A DNA stretch of 64,000 nt from Waterburya sp. (lineage in GTDB: Bacteria > Cyanobacteriota > Cyanobacteriia > Cyanobacteriales > Xenococcaceae): contig CBDCJV010000002.1 of assembly GCA_965217895.1 (NCBI GenBank), forward strand, positions 608,001 through 672,000, read 5' to 3'. Within the stretch, counting starts at the first letter, position 1. The number at the start of each line of letters is the position of its first letter. The notes under the pieces are model-generated. The model ran no database searches. It had not been told where the DNA came from and worked only from the letters and a program-made list of their open reading frames with translations. Positions 31,682 to 43,112 of the stretch are shown piece after piece. The translations under genes and the position numbers were made by a program.

Positions 31682-33442
31682 TTAATTTACTTTTCGATTA
31701 AGAATATCACTGCGCCGATTGACAAAAAATTCATACGGGACTTTGACCACACTTCGCATAGCACACAAATATCTATTGACATTGTAATGAGATTGTCTGG
31801 GGCTAATTTGCTTAAAATACTCTGAATGCAAGGTAAAGCCAAAATTAACTGTCTTTGGTAGATGAAGTTTGGCAATAGGTCCTTGGTTGAGACAATCGGC
31901 AGCAAACAGCCAAACTTGAGAACCTTCGGGCGCAAAAACCGTAGCAAATATGTATCCTTTTTCGCCTTGAGGAATAAATTGAACGCTGTCTAAAATATAA
32001 CCCTGAGGACAAACATAAAAATCAAGTAGTTCTTTTCCCAAATCAGACAGAGGAGTATCAGAATTTTGTTCTTGTTCTGTCTTAATTTGCTGGGTAAGTT
32101 CCTGCCAATTTTTATCTAACGGCACTTTAGCTAAAACTGAAGGAAGATCGTGTTTTGGAAGTTGCTCGTCTGATAATATTCTATTTTGATGATCGCGGAA
32201 GCTAAGATATTGACGGCGACAGATTAAATCTTGATGATACCCAGCGTAAATTTGATAGATAGCAGAGTACCCTTTAGGATTAAAAAGCTCTCGCGGATCG
32301 GCGGTATGCAGCATGGTTGCGAACCAACCTGGATGGATAAACACTTCTTGTTCAATTAGTTGAGCGTCTTGAATTGTTACCTTACGCAATACTCCAGGGT
32401 CAAAGGCAAACATCCAAGGTATACCATGATATTCGGTTGTATAGCGATCGCCACTAAAGTGTCTGACATCGTTGGGTTTTATGGCTTCAGTTAAGCTAAT
32501 GGTTGCCTGTTGGACGGCCACACAATAAGTTTTCTGCTTAATCTGATGATAGTTACATAAGAAGTGATAACTATCCCCAGCAAAAGTTATTAGACGTGAC
32601 GGCACAGAGTCTGCTTTTTCGGTTAAATCTCGGCGGTTGACTAGATAAAGTTGCGTTTTTGGATAAGCCTGTTGAGGCGCAACTTTCACTCCCAATAACG
32701 TCGCTACTCCCATCTGGAAAGGCATATCGGGAATCATAATAAACTCTTGGGTAACTATTGTCGTATGCGCGCTACCGTCAAGGATTGTACCTTCTATTTG
32801 CCAGTGTTTTAAAGTGCCTTCCCCATCCCAAAGAGTAATATAGGGTTCACTAATCATATCGCTAAACAAACTTCCTGGACGGAGTTCTGACTTTAATTCA
32901 CAGCTAATTAGTTCTTTAGTCTGAGAATCGTAAAAAGGGTGTGCCGTATTTGCCACCAAAGGAAAAAACGAGAGGGGAATAGAAACAATATGTTCGTCAA
33001 AATAGCCTATGGGAGTAGCAGTTTCTAGGGTAACTGGATCTACTTCCCAGTAACGCCCTGCATCGGCGGTGAGAATTAGCCTGCCGTCCATGTTGACCAT
33101 AGCAGTGTTAGCTATCTCGGCAATGCCAATCAGACCAAGCCTAGCAGGAAAAAATGCTTCTGGCAGTAGTTCAGTCAGGGGCGATTCTACTAAATGCCAA
33201 AGACTATCCCAAGTGTTCAATTTTTGGCTTTGGACTTTAATTCTTCCCTGTTGAGGCTGGAGATCCCACCTGATAACTACACCTTCTCCAGCAAATAAAT
33301 GGCGATCGCGTCGCCGATGGCAAGGTGCAACAATAAAAACATGACCCGCTAAATTCTCTGACCAATTCCCTTCAATCTTGGCATATTCACATAAGCTAGT
33401 TGAATTGGCAGAACTGCGAAACTTACTAACATCAACCAACAT
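31682..33442 (-). CDS. Carotenoid/stilbenoid cleavage oxygenase (RPE65) family protein
   Basis: ANTA, DAGRYWEVDPVTLET and four candidate Fe-binding His (TAHP, SAHT, SYHF, TLHS). Confidence 0.8.
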   Translation of the reverse strand: MLVDVSKFRSSANSTSLCEYAKIEGNWSENLAGHVFIVAPCHRRRDRHLFAGEGVVIRWDLQPQQGRIKVQSQKLNTWDSLWHLVESPLTELLPEAFFPARLGLIGIAEIANTAMVNMDGRLILTADAGRYWEVDPVTLETATPIGYFDEHIVSIPLSFFPLVANTAHPFYDSQTKELISCELKSELRPGSLFSDMISEPYITLWDGEGTLKHWQIEGTILDGSAHTTIVTQEFIMIPDMPFQMGVATLLGVKVAPQQAYPKTQLYLVNRRDLTEKADSVPSRLITFAGDSYHFLCNYHQIKQKTYCVAVQQATISLTEAIKPNDVRHFSGDRYTTEYHGIPWMFAFDPGVLRKVTIQDAQLIEQEVFIHPGWFATMLHTADPRELFNPKGYSAIYQIYAGYHQDLICRRQYLSFRDHQNRILSDEQLPKHDLPSVLAKVPLDKNWQELTQQIKTEQEQNSDTPLSDLGKELLDFYVCPQGYILDSVQFIPQGEKGYIFATVFAPEGSQVWLFAADCLNQGPIAKLHLPKTVNFGFTLHSEYFKQISPRQSHYNVNRYLCAMRSVVKVPYEFFVNRRSDILNRKVN

Positions 33443-33586
33443 AATAAGATACTCCTAAAGTCTCCAAGAATCTAAGCAGTGAAAAAAACTTCAATTATCT
33501 TCATTAAATACGTGTATAAGACTTGATTTATGCCTTTTTATTAATCTGTGACTCAATTAATACTCGTATTTGAGATCTGATATTTC

Positions 33587-33640
33587 ATCTTAGTTTTACT
33601 TTTAGTATTCCAATCTCATAAAGCTCATAAAAAAACTCAT
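33587..33640 (-). promoter_or_regulatory. Triple ATGAG-box promoter C
   Basis: ATGAG-N7-ATGAG-N4-ATGAG-N22-TAAGAT. Confidence 0.75.
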
Positions 33641-33803
33641 ATATTCTTACTTAAACTGCATTTCCTCGCTTCCACTCGCTTGTTAAACCCCCTAGTTTTT
33701 AGTTATCTGTTTGAGAGAGTAGGGATGATCCTAAATCCGATTGATAAAGGTAGTTATCCACTTTCTGACCTCTGACCTCTGACCAGCGATCGCCATAAAT
33801 TCG

Positions 33804-34280
33804 TCAAAGCAGAAATTGTAATTGCTTTTCCATTAAATAATTCTTAAAAGTTTCTCCTCTACAAGCTACCTGTTGTTCTTTAACTATGCTAAATCCTTGC
33901 TTGATGAAAAATGCTTGAGCGGTAATGCTAGCTTCAGTAAATAAACGAATTAAATTTAACTCTACAGCTTTATTTTCTATGGCTTTATATATTTTTTCGC
34001 CAACTCCTTGACGTTGATAGTTACAATGACAATAAAAGAAATCAATGTGACCATTTGCTTCTAATTCGCCAAAACCAATTATTTTACTATCTTTTTCAGC
34101 CACATAAGTAAATCTGCTCAAACATATTTCCAGCCAATTTCTGAAATAAATATCATTAGGTGACCAAGCTTCAACCTGTTCTTGAAAATAGTCTTGAATA
34201 TTTATATATCTAACCGTATCGTGAAATAGTTGGGCTATTTGTTCAGTATCTTCTGGTTGAAACAATCTAATTTTCATCAT
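33804..34280 (-). CDS. GNAT family N-acetyltransferase (YafP-like)
   Basis: YQRQGVG motif A and EASITAQAFF; start is probably the ATG at 34280 or 34277. Confidence 0.85.
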   Translation of the reverse strand: MMKIRLFQPEDTEQIAQLFHDTVRYINIQDYFQEQVEAWSPNDIYFRNWLEICLSRFTYVAEKDSKIIGFGELEANGHIDFFYCHCNYQRQGVGEKIYKAIENKAVELNLIRLFTEASITAQAFFIKQGFSIVKEQQVACRGETFKNYLMEKQLQFLL

Positions 34281-34364
34281 AGCTACAAAATGTAATTTCA
34301 CCTTAGCTAATAGCTAACGGCTAAGAGCTACGAACAGAATTATTATGTATGTCATTACTGTCTT

Positions 34365-34456
34365 GAACGAGTTGCTCATTGAGGGAAAGCCAAGGCGCGT
34401 TTTGAGTGAGAAGTTTCCCACTCAAAAGCCGCCGTCCCAAGACCGCACTCGTTCGC
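34365..34456. repeat. Nested short dispersed hairpin repeats
   Basis: Outer GAACGAGTTGC...GCACTCGTTC with an inner TTTTGAGTG..CACTCAAAA hairpin. Confidence 0.6.
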
Positions 34457-34491
34457 TAAATCAGCAACGCCAAATTTTTTTGGTTAAAGTC

Positions 34492-36807
34492 TTATTCCAC
34501 TTTTTCCATTGGAGCAATTTTTGGGATGATTTTAGTTACTCCCATGCTCAGAAATTTAACTGCTAGAGTTGCCTTTTTGCCACTACCTAAAATATGAGTA
34601 ACTTCGCCGTCTCCAAACTCATGATGCAAGACGCGATCGCCTACACTCCAGTCAATATCAATAGCTTGAGAAGTTCTTTCGGCGCGGTTACGGCGACGAT
34701 AGGTAGTTGCCAAATTAATATTACTGCTAATTAATTCTCCTGGAAGCTCCTGCAAAAACTGGGAGGATACCGCAGGTTCTCTTGTTCCCCAAAGACGGCG
34801 TTCTCTGGCGTAGGTAAGAAATAACTGTTCTTGAGCGCGAGTTACCCCTACATAACATAGACGACGCTCTTCTTCTATTTCCAAAGGATCGTTCAAAGTT
34901 CGATTGTGGGGTAACAAACCTTGTTCCATACCTACTAGAAAAACTACAGGAAATTCTAAACCTTTAGCTGAATGTAGGGTCATCATCGAGACTTTTTGCT
35001 GTTCTTCGTTCAAATTATCTAAATCTGAGGAGAGAGATGCACTAGCCAGAAATGCTTCTAAGCTATTTTCTTCATTATCTTCCTGAAACTGCTGCACCGC
35101 GTTATATAATTCGTAAATGTTAGCAATACGGTTATCGGCTTCGTCTGTACCCTGTTGCTGTAGTTCTGTGACGTAGCCTGTCTGTTCGATAATCTGACTT
35201 AAAACTTCTGCTGCCGTGAGGTTTTCAAGCTGATCCTTAGTTGCTTGGATCATTCGGGCAAACTCATTTAGAGATTTTGCTGCTCGTCCTCCCATAGTGT
35301 TAACCGAGGTTTCGTCGTTCACAATTTCCCATAAAGGTATGCCCATTTGCTGTGAGGCATTCATCAATCTATCCATGGTTGTTTTACCGATACCACGACG
35401 GGGAGTATTGATAATTCGCAGTAGGCTAACGGTATCTTCGGGGTTCACTATAAGGCGTAAATAAGCGATCGCATCTTTGACTTCTTTGCGGTCATAAAAC
35501 TTTAAACCGCCGACAATATTATAAGGAATATTATTGTGTAACAGTAAATCCTCAAAGGGACGAGACTGAGCATTAGTGCGATACAAAATAGAAAAATCAC
35601 CCCAGTCTATTTCAGGATGATTTTCTTTAATCTGCTTTATTTGCTGCACTACAAACCGCGCTTCTTCCTGCTCTTCATCGGCTTTGTGCAGGTAAATTTG
35701 TTCGCCCACACCTCTTGTCGGCTTAAGAACTTTATCAATCCGTTGGCTATTGTGAGCAATGAGATGATTCGCTGCCTGTAATATATTCTCGCGGGAACGA
35801 TAATTCTCTTCCAGCTTAATCATAGTGCGGGTATCTTCATCGGCTAGACCATCACCAAAATCTTTTTGAAAATCTAGCAGAATCGTAAAGTCAGCTAAAC
35901 GGAAAGAATAAATTGACTGATCTGCATCTCCTACTACAAAAAGCGATCGCCTATTCCAATTCCACTCGCTCTTATTTGTCTCTCCATTAGTTGCCAGCAG
36001 TCGAATCAAGTCATACTGAATACGGTTAGTATCCTGATATTCATCAACTAAAATGTGCTGAAATTGCGTATGCCAATAGCCCAAAATTGATTCATTTTGC
36101 TGAAAAAGCTTAACAGGAACCCAGATTAAATCATCAAAATCCAAGGCATTGTTTGCTGCCAACCGCGACTGATATTCGTTATAAATTTCTGAAACTACGC
36201 GCCCACGATAACCAGGCTCTTGTTTAGCAAAGTCATCTGGAGTCAAACCCTGATTTTTAGCATTACTAACAATGTATCTAATCTTTTTAGGATCGAACTT
36301 TTTGTTATCTAGATTTAATTCTTTAGTAACAATATTCTTAAATAGACTTTGCACATCCGACTCATCAAAGATCGAAAAATTGCGTTTCCAAGTGCGCCCG
36401 CGTTCATCTTGGTATTTATTAATATCAAAGCGCAGTAGCTTGGCAAATAAACTATGAAAAGTACCAATCCACAGCTTTTTGGTTGTTCTTTTATATACCC
36501 TCGATTTTAGAGCCTTTTGCTCATACTCTGTCAAAAACTCCAGCCGTTGACCATGGTGTTCTAAAGCTAACTCCGTGGCAAAGATATATTCAATCCTTTC
36601 CCGCATCTCCCGGGCAGCTTTATTTGTAAAGGTAACTGCCAAAATATGCTCTGGATCTGTCTTTTGGTTACGAATCAAATTAGCAATGCGATAGGTCAAC
36701 GCCCTGGTTTTACCCGAACCTGCCCCCGCAACTACCAACATTGGCCCACAGTAATGCTCTACAGCAAGGCGTTGTGAAGGATTAAGTTGGCTCAGAAAGT
36801 CAGACAT
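34492..36807 (-). CDS. pcrA: ATP-dependent DNA helicase PcrA/UvrD
   Basis: AGAGSGKT, DEYQD, VGDADQSIY, TLHSAKGLEFP, EERRLCYV. Confidence 0.96.
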   Translation of the reverse strand: MSDFLSQLNPSQRLAVEHYCGPMLVVAGAGSGKTRALTYRIANLIRNQKTDPEHILAVTFTNKAAREMRERIEYIFATELALEHHGQRLEFLTEYEQKALKSRVYKRTTKKLWIGTFHSLFAKLLRFDINKYQDERGRTWKRNFSIFDESDVQSLFKNIVTKELNLDNKKFDPKKIRYIVSNAKNQGLTPDDFAKQEPGYRGRVVSEIYNEYQSRLAANNALDFDDLIWVPVKLFQQNESILGYWHTQFQHILVDEYQDTNRIQYDLIRLLATNGETNKSEWNWNRRSLFVVGDADQSIYSFRLADFTILLDFQKDFGDGLADEDTRTMIKLEENYRSRENILQAANHLIAHNSQRIDKVLKPTRGVGEQIYLHKADEEQEEARFVVQQIKQIKENHPEIDWGDFSILYRTNAQSRPFEDLLLHNNIPYNIVGGLKFYDRKEVKDAIAYLRLIVNPEDTVSLLRIINTPRRGIGKTTMDRLMNASQQMGIPLWEIVNDETSVNTMGGRAAKSLNEFARMIQATKDQLENLTAAEVLSQIIEQTGYVTELQQQGTDEADNRIANIYELYNAVQQFQEDNEENSLEAFLASASLSSDLDNLNEEQQKVSMMTLHSAKGLEFPVVFLVGMEQGLLPHNRTLNDPLEIEEERRLCYVGVTRAQEQLFLTYARERRLWGTREPAVSSQFLQELPGELISSNINLATTYRRRNRAERTSQAIDIDWSVGDRVLHHEFGDGEVTHILGSGKKATLAVKFLSMGVTKIIPKIAPMEKVE

Positions 36808-36970
36808 TTTGCAAGGATGAGAAACTATAAAGGGATGAGGGTGGAAGTATAAGGATTAAAGATGAAATAAATAATTCCTGGTTGTCTATGTTATCAAGAT
36901 TTTGATTTTAAAACTCAACATACCCCTCTTTTGTCATACCAAATTAAATTGTATCCGCTACAGATTAATT

Positions 36971-36998
36971 GTAAGGGTGAACGGTCGTTCGCCCTTAC
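36971..36998. repeat. REP-like palindrome
   Basis: GTAAGGGTGAACGGTCGTTCGCCCTTAC. Confidence 0.7.
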
Positions 36999-37037
36999 AG
37001 AAAACTTTACGAAAATTAAACACAATCAAAAAAAAGC

Positions 37038-37071
37038 AAAAAGAGATGTTTTTAAAAGGACATCCCTTTTT
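37038..37071 (-). terminator. Intrinsic terminator downstream of glgP
   Basis: AAAAAGAGATGT...ACATCCCTTTTT stem followed by a T-run on the minus strand. Confidence 0.55.
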
Positions 37072-37091
37072 ATTGGTTAAAAATTTATAAT

Positions 37092-39659
37092 TTATTGCTC
37101 GTGATTGATTACGCTGTTTTCTTGGCTGTATGCTTCTAAACTGATTTCAACTGGTTTTAAATCCCAGATTTGCTCACAGTATTCTTTGATAGTGCGATCG
37201 CTAGAAAACTTACCCATTCTCGCCGAATTAAGAATAGACATTTTTGTCCACTTGTCTTTGTCTTTATAGGTTTGGGAAACCATATCTTGACAATAAATAT
37301 ATGCCTGATAGTCTGCCAAGAGCATATATGGATCGTCATAAAGCAAAGAATCAACAATTGGCTTAAATAGCTTAGTATCACCATAGCTAAAATCACCATT
37401 GGCAACGCGATCGATTACCGCCTTCAATTCTTCATTGCTATTGTAATAAGCCATGGGATCGTAACCTTCTGCCTTCATTTTGTATACTTCTTCAGCAGTC
37501 AAACCAAACAAGAAAAAGTTATCCGCGCCAGCTTCTTCGCGGATTTCAATATTTGCACCATCTAAAGTACCAATAGTTAAAGCACCATTCATGGCAAACT
37601 TCATGTTACCTGTACCAGAAGCTTCTTTTCCTGCGGTAGAAATCTGTTCTGATAAATCAGCAGCAGGATAAATTTTTTGTCCCAAGGAAACATTAAAGTT
37701 AGGCAAGAAAACAACTTTTAAACGTCCTTTGACATCAGGATCTTTGTTAACGACTTCTCCTACGGCGTTGGCAAATTTAATGATCAACTTTGCCATAAAG
37801 TAACCAGGTGCAGCTTTGCCACCAAAGATAAAGGTACGAGGCACGATATCAATATTGGGGTTTTGCTTGATGCGATTGTAGAGAGTAATAATGTGCAGCA
37901 CCATCAAGTGTTGACGTTTATATTCGTGAATCCGTTTAACTAGAACATCAAATATCGAATCAACGTTAACGTCAATATTTTTAATTTTTTTGATTTGTGC
38001 AGCTAGGGAAATTTTATTTTTGCGCTTAATTTCCCGCCATTCCTGGCAAAATTCAGGATCGTCAAGAAAGTTCTCCAATACTCTCATCTCGTCTAGGTTT
38101 TTTAACCAGCTATCGCCTTTGGTTTTTTCCGTGACTAATTTTGCCAATCGAGGATTACTTAAGAGAATCCAGCGACGGGGAGTGACACCATTAGTTTTAT
38201 TAAAGAATTTTTCAGGCCAAAGTTTGGCAAAACCTTGAAGCGTGTATTTTTGGAGTAATTGCGTGTGTAGTGCAGCTACACCGTTAATAGCATGACTACC
38301 AACACAGGCTAAGTTTGCCATGCGAACTTTTTTTTCTGCGCCTTCTTCAATGATCGAAAGCTCAGAAGCAAGCTCCTGATCGTCAGGAAACCAGGTGCGA
38401 ATATCTTCTAAGAAACGATGATTAATCTCGTAAATGATTTCAATATGTCTGGGTAGCATTCTACCGAACAAGCTGACTGACCATCTTTCTAAAGCTTCTG
38501 GTAGTAAAGTGTGATTTGTATATGCCAAAGTCTTTTGCGTAATATCCCAAGCCTGATCCCAGTCTATACTGTGTTCATCAATCAACAAGCGCATCAACTC
38601 TGCTACGGCTACTGCTGGGTGGGTATCGTTTAGCTGAATTGCTGCTCGTTCGTGGAAGTTGCTGAGATTAGGATGAACATGAAGGTGAATCTGAATTAAG
38701 TCTTGCAAAGAGGCAGAGACAAAGAAATACTGCTGCGCCAGACGTAGTTCTTTACCCTGTGGGGTATTGTCGTTGGGATACAGCACTTTAGAAATCGTTT
38801 CCGAACTCATTTTTTCGCCTACGGCGCGGTCATAGTTACCTGCATTAAATGCCTCAAAGTTAAATTCTTCACTGGCTTCAGCTTTCCATAACCGTAGGGC
38901 GTTAACAGTATTGGTGCGATATCCTGGTACTGGCGTATCATAGGGAACTGCTTTGACTTTGCGATCGCAAATCCAGCTAACGCGACTGTTTCCTTTTTCA
39001 TCGCGATAGGCTTCAGTATGTCCACCTAGCTTAATTTCCACTGAATCTTCAGGACGAGCAATCTCCCAGGGATTTTGGAACATTAACCAGTTATCAGGAA
39101 TTTCTGCTTGCCAGCCGTCTCTTAACGCCTGATGGAAGATTCCAAATTCATAGCGGATACCGTAACCAATAGCTGGCATTTCTAAATTAGCCAAAGAATC
39201 AAGGAAACAGGCAGCCAATCTACCCAAACCACCGTTACCTAAACCAGGATCGGGTTCTTGTTCGATTAGGTCTTCGATATCCAAACCTGATTCATGGACT
39301 ACCTGACGCATCTTTTCGTAAATACCCAGAGAAATGAGGTTGTTTTCCAAATGACGACCCATCAAAAACTCTGCCGAGAGATAAGAAACTACCTTGACGT
39401 TTTCTTCGTAGTAGGTGCGTCCTGTTTTAATAAAGCGGTGTAACAAGCGATCGCGTACCGTATATGCTAATGCTTGATAGTAATCGTGAAGAGTGGCAGT
39501 AGATTCATCTTTTCCCTGGAGATAAAACAAATTGTCGGCAAAGGCTCGTTTGAGAGTCTCCACGCTCATTCCTGTGCGATCGTCTTCTATCTGAATATTT
39601 TGTGCCAAATTGCTAGTAGCAACAGTTTGATTAAGCTTTTGAGAAGATTTTGTTTCCAT
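37092..39659 (-). CDS. glgP: Glycogen phosphorylase
   Basis: LGNGGLGRLAACF, QLNDTHP, KRIHEYKRQ, EASGTGNMKF. Confidence 0.97.
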   Translation of the reverse strand: METKSSQKLNQTVATSNLAQNIQIEDDRTGMSVETLKRAFADNLFYLQGKDESTATLHDYYQALAYTVRDRLLHRFIKTGRTYYEENVKVVSYLSAEFLMGRHLENNLISLGIYEKMRQVVHESGLDIEDLIEQEPDPGLGNGGLGRLAACFLDSLANLEMPAIGYGIRYEFGIFHQALRDGWQAEIPDNWLMFQNPWEIARPEDSVEIKLGGHTEAYRDEKGNSRVSWICDRKVKAVPYDTPVPGYRTNTVNALRLWKAEASEEFNFEAFNAGNYDRAVGEKMSSETISKVLYPNDNTPQGKELRLAQQYFFVSASLQDLIQIHLHVHPNLSNFHERAAIQLNDTHPAVAVAELMRLLIDEHSIDWDQAWDITQKTLAYTNHTLLPEALERWSVSLFGRMLPRHIEIIYEINHRFLEDIRTWFPDDQELASELSIIEEGAEKKVRMANLACVGSHAINGVAALHTQLLQKYTLQGFAKLWPEKFFNKTNGVTPRRWILLSNPRLAKLVTEKTKGDSWLKNLDEMRVLENFLDDPEFCQEWREIKRKNKISLAAQIKKIKNIDVNVDSIFDVLVKRIHEYKRQHLMVLHIITLYNRIKQNPNIDIVPRTFIFGGKAAPGYFMAKLIIKFANAVGEVVNKDPDVKGRLKVVFLPNFNVSLGQKIYPAADLSEQISTAGKEASGTGNMKFAMNGALTIGTLDGANIEIREEAGADNFFLFGLTAEEVYKMKAEGYDPMAYYNSNEELKAVIDRVANGDFSYGDTKLFKPIVDSLLYDDPYMLLADYQAYIYCQDMVSQTYKDKDKWTKMSILNSARMGKFSSDRTIKEYCEQIWDLKPVEISLEAYSQENSVINHEQ

Positions 39660-39833
39660 GTTTGCCTAGATTATAGTGTCTGAATGAATAATTGCTGAGG
39701 TTATTGAGTAATTTTTAAAAAACCTTTGTAGGGGCAAATGTCTAGATTAAATTTCATATAACCTGTTTTATGTACTTATATATTGCCATGCCAAATTTAA
39801 TTCGACTGTTTACAGGTTACTACTAGATTTGCG

Positions 39834-39864
39834 ATTAAAGCCTGGGAGCAATCCAAGCCTTAAT
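39834..39864 (-). terminator. Hairpin downstream of eno
   Basis: ATTAAAGCCTGG...CCAAGCCTTAAT. Confidence 0.45.
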
Positions 39865-39897
39865 TTTTGGTTTAGAAACTCAACTGAAGGATAAGGA

Positions 39898-41202
<1,305 letters not shown>

Positions 41203-41481
41203 TTAAGTTTCTAATTATCTATTTCTTTCGTAATGCAAGCGAAAATTAATATATCTTTTTTTGAGACAATCAGGTTAATCAATAGCTACAAATCTACCCG
41301 ATCGCAAAAAATGCACTTTAGTCTACTTTTTACATCAGTGCAAAACTATAGGTCAAGCACCAAGTATAGAATAGATAAATATTGCATACTGTCTAGATCT
41401 ATACAGCAATTAACATTTCTGTTTTCTGAGCTACTATCGCTACAATCAAATTAATCCCACTATTGTAGTAACCTGAATTCA

Positions 41482-42279
41482 ATGAACAATAAACCTGAAG
41501 AAAATATTGATTTAGGTCGCACTATGTTTAATAAAGCTGCGGAAATGGCGATCGCAACTCAAGTAGAATCTGCTAAAAACATCAAAATCAAGGTTGATAG
41601 TCAAGCGTCTCAAACAATTCAGGGAAAAGCAGAGTCTGTAGAATTTTTGGGCGAAAAAGTTGTTGCTTTTAAAGATATTCAGCTAGAACAAATAAACATC
41701 ACTTCTGATAATATTTCTCTCGATCTAACTCAGGCACTCTTAGGCAAAATTGCTTTTGAACAGCCAGGCAACTTTAAGGTCAAAATCATCTTTACTGAAT
41801 CAGATTGCGATCGCTTATTAAATTCGGAATATGTCAGGATTCTCTTACAAAGTTTGGCTTTAGAGATAAATCACTCCTCAGCAAATTTTTATCTCCAGCA
41901 GGCGAAATGTCATTTAAACGACAACGGTAAAGTATCTTTAACAGCCACTAACGTTTTAAATCGAGAACAACAAATTAAAACGGCAGAATTTCAAATTGCC
42001 CTTCAGTTTAAACAAGATGGTGCAGTAATTAAGTTTAAAGGCGGTAAATATTTAGACAAACAGAGTTTAGATTTAGACGAAACAGTAGCCATCATGAACA
42101 AAGTGCGGGATATACTTTATCTGCGTCACTTCTCTAATGCTGACTTGGCTATCGACATTACCAAGATTGAAATTGAAGCCCAAAAGCTTACTTTACAGGG
42201 AAATATGCAAATCAAAAAATTACCTGATTCTCTGGCTGAGTCAATTAAGTCTGTCGCTTCCGAAATAAATGACGCTTAG
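41482..42279 (+). CDS. DUF2993/LmeA-like protein
   Basis: Typical cyanobacterial pattern (QGKAESVEF.G...FTE.D....LNS). Confidence 0.65.
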   Translation: MNNKPEENIDLGRTMFNKAAEMAIATQVESAKNIKIKVDSQASQTIQGKAESVEFLGEKVVAFKDIQLEQINITSDNISLDLTQALLGKIAFEQPGNFKVKIIFTESDCDRLLNSEYVRILLQSLALEINHSSANFYLQQAKCHLNDNGKVSLTATNVLNREQQIKTAEFQIALQFKQDGAVIKFKGGKYLDKQSLDLDETVAIMNKVRDILYLRHFSNADLAIDITKIEIEAQKLTLQGNMQIKKLPDSLAESIKSVASEINDA

Positions 42280-42608
42280 TGTGAATTAGCTTCGCTCTAA
42301 TTTACTAGTTTTTTAGCTATCAGCTATTAGCTCTTAGCCCTTAGCTTTAGAAAACTACGTGAAAATTCATCACTTTTTATAGCTTAGGAGGCGTGTTTAT
42401 TCTTCTGCAACTCGAAAAAGCCAATATTTCCATAACCAAAGCTATCCTAAAAGCAAGTTTTAATTCACACCAGACGTAAATGATAATTAATTATTTCTAA
42501 ATAAAAATTTTAGATGTCAGTTTTAAGCTTCTACGATTAAACTAAGTGGTCTAAAGTTTTAAAATAATCTAGAGGACGAATATAAAATATCGTTAGGAGT
42601 ATAGGCAA

Positions 42609-43112
42609 TTGACAGAACAACATAGGCAAGTTCCTCAGCTACCAAAACTACCTACTTCAGCTATTGAGCCAGAGCAAGGGTTAGAGGCTCAAAGTCAAGG
42701 ATGGTTTGAGTATCCAGTCAAAGCTCAACCCCACCACACAGATTATGCTGGTATTGTCTGGCACGGTACATATTTGACCTGGATGGAAGAGGCTAGGGTA
42801 GAGTATTTACGCTCTATTGGCGTTGAATTTGCCGATTTAGTAGCGTTAGGTTGCGATTTGCCAGTAGTTGAAGTGTCCCTACGCTATCACTTGCCAATTC
42901 GCTTAGGAGTATCAGCAATAGTCAAAACTCGTCTAATAGAAACCAAAGGAGTTCGCATTAACTGGGATTATGAAATTCAGTCATACAACAGGGAAGAATT
43001 ATTTGTCTCAGGAACAGTTGTTTTAGTCGGAGTAGATCGAGAGAAAGGCAAAATCATGCGCCAACTTCCCCCTGTAGTCCAAGATGCTTTGGTCAAACGC
43101 ACTATACTCTGA
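42609..43112 (+). CDS. Acyl-CoA thioesterase (4HBT/YbgC family)
   Basis: HTDYAGIVWHGTYLTWMEEAR. Confidence 0.9.
   Translation: MTEQHRQVPQLPKLPTSAIEPEQGLEAQSQGWFEYPVKAQPHHTDYAGIVWHGTYLTWMEEARVEYLRSIGVEFADLVALGCDLPVVEVSLRYHLPIRLGVSAIVKTRLIETKGVRINWDYEIQSYNREELFVSGTVVLVGVDREKGKIMRQLPPVVQDALVKRTIL

Noticed and set aside
34345..34566. 73-aa ORF
   Set aside because: It is made of nested repeat sequence and overlaps pcrA on the opposite strand.
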